Source of the DNA: Candidatus Eiseniibacteriota bacterium
GTDB taxonomy: Bacteria; Orphanbacterota; Orphanbacteria; Orphanbacterales; Orphanbacteraceae
NCBI GenBank assembly: GCA_016930695.1
Contig: JAFGGD010000030.1
Span: 56,321 to 120,320, forward strand
Reading direction: 5' to 3'
Length of the DNA stretch: 64,000 nt
In this document: in pieces, positions 57,942-64,000 of the stretch
Position numbering within the stretch: position 1 is the first letter of the stretch
Layout: each line of letters starts with the position of its first letter
Program-made: the position numbers and the translations under genes
The notes under the pieces: model-generated
What the model saw: the letters and a program-made list of their open reading frames with translations, nothing else
Told to the model about the DNA's origin: nothing
Databases searched by the model: none

Positions 57942-59326
57942 GCGGCGAGGGGCTAAGCGGGCGGCCGACTGCGCCCGAGGTGGTGCGCGAGCTGGACCGT
58001 TTCATCATCGGGCAGGGACGCGCGAAGAAAGCGGTGGCGATCGCGCTGCGCAACCGATGGCGCCGCCGCGGGGCGGACGAGGGGATCCGCGACGAGATCC
58101 TCCCGAACAACATCCTGATGATCGGGCCTACCGGCGTCGGAAAAACCGAGATCAGCCGCCGCCTCGCCCGGGTCGCCCGAGCCCCCTTCCTGAAGGTGGA
58201 GGCGTCCAAGTTCACCGAAGTCGGATACGTGGGCCGGGACGTGGAGTCCATGATCCGCGATCTGGTCGAGGTGGGAATCAACGAAGCGGAGCGGGAGATG
58301 CGGGAGGCGGCCGAGCCGGAGGCGCTGCGCCGCTCCGAGGAGAGACTCCTCCGGATGATCGAGCCGGAGACGCCCGCCGGCGCGCCGAAGGGGGAAGGGG
58401 AGGTGTTCGCCGTGGACGCGGCCGGCGTCGCGGAAAAACGCGTTCCCCCCGAGAAGACGGATACACCCCTCGACCGGCTCCGTTCGGGCGAGTGGGACGA
58501 CCGGTTGGTGAACGTGGAGGTCCCCGAGAAAGGGATTCCTCTCTTCGACATCTTCGCCGCGAGCGGCATGGACCACGTGGACCGGAACGTGCAGGACGCC
58601 CTCGGTTCTTTGCTTCCTAAGAAAAAGAAAAAAAGCCGGGTGCCGGTTCGCGAGGCGAGGAGGATCCTTCTCGATCAGGAACTGGACGCCATGGTGGACC
58701 GGGAAAGGGCCGTGGAAGAGGGGCGGCGGCGGGTCGAAGAGGCGGGAATCGTCTTCCTCGACGAGATCGACAAGGTCGCCGGCGGGGGCGGCGGCCAGGG
58801 ACCGGACGTCTCCCGCGAAGGGGTGCAGAGGGATCTCCTCCCGGTGGTGGAGGGGTCCCGCGTGCCGACCAAGTACGGTCTCGTCTCGACGGAGCACATC
58901 CTCTTCATCGGCGCCGGCGCCTTTCACCAGAACCGCCCCTCCGACCTGATCCCCGAGCTGCAGGGACGGTTTCCGATCCGTGTGGAGCTGGATTCCCTGA
59001 CCGCCGACGACTTCTTCCGCATTCTGACGGAGCCGGAGAACGCGCTGGTCAAGCAGTACGCGGCGATGCTGCAGGCGGAAGAGGTGGAGCTGCGTTTCGA
59101 GGAAGAGGCCCTTCGGGAGATCGCCCGGATCGCGGAGCGGGTGAACGAGCGGACGGAGAACATCGGCGCCCGCCGCCTTCACACGCTTCTCTCCACGCTG
59201 CTCGAGGAGATCCTCTATGAGGTCCCCGAGACGCCGGTGAAGCGCTTCCTGGTGGACGAGAAAATGGTGCGGGAGCGGCTCGGCGCGATCGCAGAGGACG
59301 TGGATCTCTCCCGTTACATACTTTAG
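57938..59326 (+). CDS. hslU: ATP-dependent protease ATPase subunit HslU
   Basis: GTG start overlapping the hslV stop (GTGA). [31 protein letters not shown], Walker [12 protein letters not shown], and [10 protein letters not shown]. Confidence 0.9.
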   Translation: MSGEGLSGRPTAPEVVRELDRFIIGQGRAKKAVAIALRNRWRRRGADEGIRDEILPNNILMIGPTGVGKTEISRRLARVARAPFLKVEASKFTEVGYVGRDVESMIRDLVEVGINEAEREMREAAEPEALRRSEERLLRMIEPETPAGAPKGEGEVFAVDAAGVAEKRVPPEKTDTPLDRLRSGEWDDRLVNVEVPEKGIPLFDIFAASGMDHVDRNVQDALGSLLPKKKKKSRVPVREARRILLDQELDAMVDRERAVEEGRRRVEEAGIVFLDEIDKVAGGGGGQGPDVSREGVQRDLLPVVEGSRVPTKYGLVSTEHILFIGAGAFHQNRPSDLIPELQGRFPIRVELDSLTADDFFRILTEPENALVKQYAAMLQAEEVELRFEEEALREIARIAERVNERTENIGARRLHTLLSTLLEEILYEVPETPVKRFLVDEKMVRERLGAIAEDVDLSRYIL

Positions 59327-59395
59327 ATTAAAATCACCTGCGACGGGAAAGGCCGGCGGCGGCCCGAACCGAATCGACCGAGGAGGAACACGAAG

Positions 59396-60310
59396 ATGCT
59401 GCAAAAGGATTTCCTGTCGATCGCCCAGCTCGACCGGGGGGAGATGGAATCGCTCCTCCGCCGCGCGATCGAGATGAAGAAGGAGTGGAAGGAGGGGAAG
59501 GCCGGCCTGCCTCTGGCGGGGAAGACGCTCGGCCTGATCTTCCACAAACCGAGCCTCCGGACCCGGGTCAGCTTCCAGGTCGGCATGTATCAGCTCGGCG
59601 GCCAGGTGGTGTATCTCACGGACGCGGAGATCGGCCTCGGCAAGAGAGAGGCGATCCAGGACGTGGGCGAAGTGCTCGGCCGCTACGTGGACGGGATCAT
59701 GATCCGCACCTTCGCCCATTCCCACGCCGAGGAACTCGCCGCGCACGCGCCGATCCCGGTCATCAACGGATTGACCGACCTGCTCCATCCCTGCCAGATC
59801 CTGGCGGACCTGATGACCGTGCTGGAGCACCGCGGAAACCTGGACGACTTGACCGTCTCCTATTTCGGCGACGGGAACAACGTGGCGAACTCCTGGGTGA
59901 ACGCCGCCGGCGTCCTCCCCTTCGCCTTCCGCATCGCCTGCCCCGAGGGGTACGAGCCGGACGCGGAGATCCTCGCCGCCGCCCGCGCCCGCGGCGCCGG
60001 AACGATCGAGGTGACCCACGACGCGAAAGCGGCCGCGAAAGACACGGACGTGCTTTACGCGGACGTCTGGGCGAGCATGGGGCAGGAAGCGGAGAAAGCG
60101 GCGCGGGCGAAGATCTTCGCCCCTTATCAGTTGAACGCCGGACTCGCCGCTCTGGCACGAAAAGACCACCTGGTGCTCCACTGCCTTCCGGCGCATCGCG
60201 GGGAGGAGATCACCGCCGAGGTGATCGACGGTTCCCATTCCGTCATCTACGACGAGGCGGAGAATCGGATGCACGCGCAAAAGGCGATCCTGGAACGGTT
60301 GATGGCATGA
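59396..60310 (+). CDS. argF: Ornithine carbamoyltransferase
   Basis: SLRTRVSF (STRTR motif), HPCQILADLMT (HPxQ) and LHCLPAHRGEE (HCLP, the OTC-type signature, as opposed to HPLP in ATCase). Confidence 0.8.
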   Translation: MLQKDFLSIAQLDRGEMESLLRRAIEMKKEWKEGKAGLPLAGKTLGLIFHKPSLRTRVSFQVGMYQLGGQVVYLTDAEIGLGKREAIQDVGEVLGRYVDGIMIRTFAHSHAEELAAHAPIPVINGLTDLLHPCQILADLMTVLEHRGNLDDLTVSYFGDGNNVANSWVNAAGVLPFAFRIACPEGYEPDAEILAAARARGAGTIEVTHDAKAAAKDTDVLYADVWASMGQEAEKAARAKIFAPYQLNAGLAALARKDHLVLHCLPAHRGEEITAEVIDGSHSVIYDEAENRMHAQKAILERLMA

Positions 60311-61362
60311 TCCGGCGCCTCCTCCTCACGGCGGTCCTCCTGCTGGCGCCCTCCTGCGCCCAGCAGGGACCGCCGCCCGGAGGCCCGGTGGACGACACCC
60401 CGCCGGAGGTGATCTTCACCATGCCGGCGGCGGACTCCACAGGCTTCCGTCCGCCCTACGTGCTCGCCGTCGCGTTCAGCGAGAAGATGGACAAGAGAAG
60501 CGTGCAGAGAAACCTCCGGATCTATCCTCGGCCTGAATGGATTCGGACCGAGTGGGAGGGGACGACGCTTTTGATTCGCACCGATCACGGAGCCGGCGAG
60601 CGACCGGACGGCGGGGAGATCGTCACGGTGACCGTCTCCGCCAAGTCGATGGACCGGCGAGACAATCTGATGGCGGCCCCCTTCTCTTTCTCCTTCACAT
60701 CCGCCGACTCCCTGCCCGCCGGTGTCGCGACGGGACGGGTGGAGGGGATACGGCGGGGGAGGGAGGTGCCCGCGGTGATTCTGCGCGCCCTCCGGCCGGC
60801 GGCGGCGGACTCTCTTCCGGCGACGGTGATCACCGAGACCGAGGCGGGGAACGACGGCACATTCCGGATCGACCACCTCCCCACCACTCCGGGGGACCGC
60901 TTTCTCCTCGCCGCGTTCATCGACGACGACGAGAATCTCGTACTGGACCGAGACCGCGAGGATTACGGGTTCAGCGACACGCTCTCCTTCCCCCCGGAGG
61001 GCGCGCGGATCGACTCGCTCGTCATCCCGTTGATCAACGCCGAAACACCCGCCAAGCTCTCCGGCCGCATCACCTTGGAACTCTCCTACGACTCGGTGAT
61101 CGTCGAGGCGATCGCCGAGGGGGATAGCGCCGGGCCGCAGTACGCCGAGCCGGACAGCACCGGAGCCTATGCGTTCGCCAGGCTCCCGGCGGGGGAGTAC
61201 CGCGTTCGTATCCTGCTCGGAACACGACAGATGGCGCTCCACGCCGAGCCGGAAAGCCCTTTGGAAACGCTTTCCGAGCGCCTCCTGCGGCTCGAACCGG
61301 GCGAGGAGAGGGTTTCCTTCCTCCTGCCTGAACGGGAGCGGGAGGCCCAAGTTACGCAATAA
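60307..61362 (+). CDS. Lipoprotein with Ig-like (SbsA-type) domain, unknown function
   Basis: ATGA overlap with the argF stop. Lipobox LLLAPS-C. DDTPPEVIFTMPAADSTG is like bacterial Ig-like domain openings. A CarboxypepD_reg-like YRVRILLG segment lies near the C-terminus. Confidence 0.5.
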   Translation: MIRRLLLTAVLLLAPSCAQQGPPPGGPVDDTPPEVIFTMPAADSTGFRPPYVLAVAFSEKMDKRSVQRNLRIYPRPEWIRTEWEGTTLLIRTDHGAGERPDGGEIVTVTVSAKSMDRRDNLMAAPFSFSFTSADSLPAGVATGRVEGIRRGREVPAVILRALRPAAADSLPATVITETEAGNDGTFRIDHLPTTPGDRFLLAAFIDDDENLVLDRDREDYGFSDTLSFPPEGARIDSLVIPLINAETPAKLSGRITLELSYDSVIVEAIAEGDSAGPQYAEPDSTGAYAFARLPAGEYRVRILLGTRQMALHAEPESPLETLSERLLRLEPGEERVSFLLPEREREAQVTQ

Positions 61363-61468
61363 AAAAGAGTTGACAGGCTCAAAACGCCCGTGATAGCGTT
61401 TCGCAGAGTCGTCTGTCTGGTATTTCGGCGTTCCCGGGGGACCGGGGACTTGGACCGGGAGGGAACCG

Positions 61469-61825
61469 ATGACCAAAGCGGATCTGGTGGACGAAGTCGT
61501 TGCCGCAACCGGCCTTCACAAGAAGGACGTCGCGCTAATCGTCGACGGGTTCCTCGAATCGATTTGCCAGACGCTGATCAACAACGGCCATGTGGAGATC
61601 CGCGGCTTCGGCAGCTTCAAAATCAAGTACGCCAAAGCCCGTATCGCCCGTAATCCTCGCTCCGGAGAGACGGTGCACGTCCCCGCCAAGCTGGTGCCCT
61701 TCTTCAAGGTCTCCCGCGAGCTCAAAGACTTGGTCGACCAGGCCCTTCCCGCCTCGGAAGAGGCGGATGAGCCACGCGTCGCCCACGAACCGGCGGCGGG
61801 CGAAGGCGCGTCGGAGTCGATGTAA
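61469..61825 (+). CDS. HU/IHF-family nucleoid protein with acidic C-terminal tail
   Basis: MTKADLVDEVVAATGLHKKDVALIVDGFLESI...GFGSFKIKYAKARIARNPRSGETVHVPAKLVPFFKVSREL is the HU fold signature (GFG.F....R.ARNP.TGE...). Plus a 30-aa Glu/Ala-rich tail. Confidence 0.85.
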   Translation: MTKADLVDEVVAATGLHKKDVALIVDGFLESICQTLINNGHVEIRGFGSFKIKYAKARIARNPRSGETVHVPAKLVPFFKVSRELKDLVDQALPASEEADEPRVAHEPAAGEGASESM

Positions 61826-61858
61826 ACCTATCTGCAGGAGGAAGCCGGAGGGGTTCCC

Positions 61859-61954
61859 ATGCCGAGCGGCAAGAAGAGAAAGCGCGCGAAGATCGCGACG
61901 CACAAGCGCAAGAAGCGCTTGAAAAAAGACCGTCACAAGAAGAAGAACCACTAG
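61859..61954 (+). CDS. Unannotated 31-aa ultra-basic ORF (bS22-like small ribosomal-type protein?)
   Basis: Not in the ORF track (too short). ATG 8 nt after GGAGGAAGCCGGAGGGG. Encodes MPSGKKRKRAKIATHKRKKRLKKDRHKKKNH (19 of 31 residues Lys/Arg). It resembles my recollection of the mycobacterial bS22 peptide (..[20 protein letters not shown]..). Confidence 0.35.
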   Translation: MPSGKKRKRAKIATHKRKKRLKKDRHKKKNH

Positions 61955-62017
61955 GACGCGAGCCTCCCGGACACCCGAGGATCCCCTTTCCCTTCCCCTT
62001 CTCGTACACGGGCATCC

Positions 62018-62851
62018 ATGGGCACCGAAGCGAATCGAGGGGCGAACCGCTGGAACCTGAAAAGGGCCCTGCTGGTTTCGCTTGTCCTTCATTTGCTTGC
62101 GCCGATTTTGGTCTCCCATCTCGGCAAAGCGACGGGTTGGTTGAAGGCGGAGGAACTCCCGGCGCCCGAGCGGCGGGAGCCGATCGTCTTCGAGTTCGTC
62201 GAGCCCTCGCCCGGCCCGGAGGCGGAGGTGGCGCCGGAGTCCGATCTGGTCTCGACCAAAAGTACCGAGGCCCGGTCGCCGGACGCGCCGGGATCGGAAC
62301 GGAACGACCTTCCCGTTTCGCGCGGCGAATCCCCCATAAAGGAGAGCCGTCCCGCCGCGTCGGCGGAGGAGCCCCAAGAGGCGGCGCCCGCGCCGGAGAA
62401 GCCGCAGGAGGAGGGGGAGTCCCCGGCCGCCGCCGCGCGCCCCTCCATACGCTCTCCCTCGACGATCCGCAGCAACGTCAGCCGCTCCATCGAGGAGAGC
62501 CGCTCGGACAATCGGGAGGGACGCCGTGCCATCCCCGGCGATCTTTCGTTCAACACGATCGATTTCGAGTTCGCGCCCTACCTGCTCGAGTTGAAGCGCC
62601 GGATCGAGGCGCACTGGTTTCCGCCCGTCGCCTTCCGCGGCGGCCTTCCCTACCGAGGCGACACGGTGGTCCGGTTCGCCGTGGACCGGGAAGGGAACCT
62701 GACTCTCCTGGAGCGGGTGTCCGGAGCGGATCACGAATCACTGGACACGGCGGCGCTCAGCGCGGTCCGCTTCGGCGCCCCCTTCCCGCCGCTCCCGGAG
62801 AATTTCCCGGAGGAACGGTGGGTGATCACCTGCACCTTCTACTACCGATGA
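62018..62851 (+). CDS. tonB: TonB-family energy transducer
   Basis: N-terminal TM anchor LLVSLVLHLLAPILVSHL, Pro/Glu-rich periplasmic spacer, and C-terminal TonB domain ...YLLELKRRIEAHWFPP...GDTVVRFAVDREGNL...VSGADHESLDTAALSAV. Confidence 0.7.
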   Translation: MGTEANRGANRWNLKRALLVSLVLHLLAPILVSHLGKATGWLKAEELPAPERREPIVFEFVEPSPGPEAEVAPESDLVSTKSTEARSPDAPGSERNDLPVSRGESPIKESRPAASAEEPQEAAPAPEKPQEEGESPAAAARPSIRSPSTIRSNVSRSIEESRSDNREGRRAIPGDLSFNTIDFEFAPYLLELKRRIEAHWFPPVAFRGGLPYRGDTVVRFAVDREGNLTLLERVSGADHESLDTAALSAVRFGAPFPPLPENFPEERWVITCTFYYR

Positions 62852-62858
62852 GGCGCCC

Positions 62859-63506
62859 ATGAAATCGTTGATCGCTTTCCTCGTCGCCGGCGGCCCTCTC
62901 ATGATCCCGCTCGGCCTCTGCTCGGTGATCGCCCTCGCCGTTATTCTGGAGCGGGCGATCAACCTGCGCCGCCGCCGCATCCTCGTTCCGGAGATCGTGC
63001 GGCTCATCGAAACGATCCGAGGTCCCGGCGATCTCTCCCTCTCCCTCGCCATCCTGGAAAAGAATCCGGGGAGTTTCGCCAACGTGGTGCGCGCCGCGCT
63101 GGAGAACCGGAACCTTCCGGCGGAGGAGATCCGGGAAATGGTCGGCGACGCGGGGCGGCGCGAGGCGAAACGCGTCCGCAAGGGGCTGATCGCCCTCGAA
63201 GCGATCGCCGGCGTGGCGCCGTTGCTCGGGCTTCTCGGCACGGTGATCGGCATGATCCGCGTCTTCCGCGTGATCGCCCTGGTCGGCGTGGGAAACGCGA
63301 ACGCCCTCAGCGGCGGCATCTCTCAGGCGCTGATCACCACCGCCGTCGGTCTCTCGGTCGCGATCCCGGCGCTTGCCGCCTATCACCTTTTCGCGAGCCG
63401 GGCCGGAGAAATCGTTTCGGACATGGAGCATCACGCGGGCGTGCTCCTCGCCAAGCTGCGGGGGATGCGCATCGCCGGGACTCCGGCGGGGGAGGAGGCG
63501 CGATGA
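62859..63506 (+). CDS. exbB: MotA/TolQ/ExbB-family proton channel
   Basis: Three TM helices. LGLLGTVIGMIRVF and TTAVGLSVAIPALAAYHLF are ExbB/TolQ signature segments. Follows tonB. Confidence 0.85.
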   Translation: MKSLIAFLVAGGPLMIPLGLCSVIALAVILERAINLRRRRILVPEIVRLIETIRGPGDLSLSLAILEKNPGSFANVVRAALENRNLPAEEIREMVGDAGRREAKRVRKGLIALEAIAGVAPLLGLLGTVIGMIRVFRVIALVGVGNANALSGGISQALITTAVGLSVAIPALAAYHLFASRAGEIVSDMEHHAGVLLAKLRGMRIAGTPAGEEAR

Positions 63507-63922
63507 AGTTCGACGGGGAAGAGGGACGCTCGCCGATGGTGAACGTGACGCCCCTGATCGACGCGCTCTTCCTGCTCCTCATCTTTTTCATGGTCAGCTC
63601 CACGTTCCGGGACCTCCCCGGGATCCCTCTCGACCTGCCGGAGGCGAAGTCGGGCGAAGCGACCCGTTCCTCGGGAGTGGAGATCCAGATCGACCGTGAA
63701 GGGGTGGTCCGCCTGGAGGGGCGGATCGTCGGCGACAGGGACCTTACCGAGCGTCTCGCGGAAGCGCTGGACGCGGCCGATTCGCGGGACCTGGTTCTCC
63801 GAGCGGACCGGGACGTTCCCTACGGCGAAGTGGTGCGGGTGATGGACGCGGCACGGCAATCGCGGGTGGGGAAGCTGGTGGTGGCGACGGAAAATCTACC
63901 GCCGGCCGGGGAAAACCGTTAG
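63503..63922 (+). CDS. exbD: ExbD/TolR-family biopolymer transport protein
   Basis: ATGA overlap with exbB. VNVTPLIDALFLLLIFFMVS single TM with the conserved Asp, and a periplasmic domain. Confidence 0.8.
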   Translation: MKFDGEEGRSPMVNVTPLIDALFLLLIFFMVSSTFRDLPGIPLDLPEAKSGEATRSSGVEIQIDREGVVRLEGRIVGDRDLTERLAEALDAADSRDLVLRADRDVPYGEVVRVMDAARQSRVGKLVVATENLPPAGENR

Positions 63923-64000
63923 ATTCTTCGAGCGGGGGAAACGCTCCTCCGCTCGAACGAGAGACAAGAAGCCCACGAGCACCCCGACGGGGTACACCCG

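Noticed and set aside
57953-62734. Minus-strand ORFs 57953-60280 and 61535-62734
   Set aside because: Antisense to hslU/argF and to HU/tonB. No motifs; GC-driven.

Overview
Very GC-rich bacterial chromosomal segment; GC content was judged by eye, not computed. By inference the organism resembles the FCB-superphylum or a candidate phylum: six secreted proteins carry a type-IX-secretion (T9SS) C-terminal sorting domain and sigma-54 control is prominent. Reading left to right on the + strand unless noted: (i) a translationally coupled operon of TonB-dependent receptor / FadL(PorV)-like barrel / NHL lipoprotein / T9SS cargo / lipoprotein, 1-7807. (ii) Two paralogous T9SS cargo proteins built from a repeated OB-fold-like module, 8014-11180. 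(iii) cdd on the minus strand. (iv) A membrane protein followed by a cytoplasmic PAS histidine kinase, a radical-SAM-like enzyme with a non-canonical CX4CX2C motif, and an NtrC-type sigma-54 activator, 12267-17249. (v) A perfect-looking sigma-54 promoter driving a 2-oxoacid:ferredoxin oxidoreductase operon (delta, alpha, beta::gamma fusion), 17435-20272. (vi) An orphan receiver-like protein, a stand-alone CBM48 protein and an oversized transketolase-family enzyme. (vii) An FG-GAP/VCBS T9SS cargo gene on the minus strand, a divergent tRNA-Leu(CAA)/tRNA-Ala(GGC) pair, and a lipoprotein gene. (viii) A 666-bp intergenic region with a second sigma-54 promoter ahead of a 1090-aa HEXXH metallopeptidase T9SS cargo gene. 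(ix) A compact 7-gene bacterial microcompartment (BMC) locus, 30671-34593: BMC-H, three BMC-P, a PduT-like BMC-T, an acylating aldehyde dehydrogenase and a class II aldolase, with a sigma-70-like promoter. It resembles the aldolase-based PVM-like metabolosome but carries a BMC-T and no other enzymes. (x) Housekeeping genes: rpsT (minus strand), a second FadL/PorV-like barrel, purN-purC-purH-guaA, a TPR-SLT lytic transglycosylase, an NHL protein, a PP2C-like/TM/PQQ-propeller protein, secA, topA, trmFO, a beta-helix T9SS cargo, xerC-hslV-hslU, argF, a lipoprotein, HU, an unannotated 31-aa ultra-basic ORF, and tonB-exbB-exbD. No CRISPR array, rRNA, transposase or IS element was seen. Many long antisense ORFs in the six-frame track are GC-driven shadows of the real genes.
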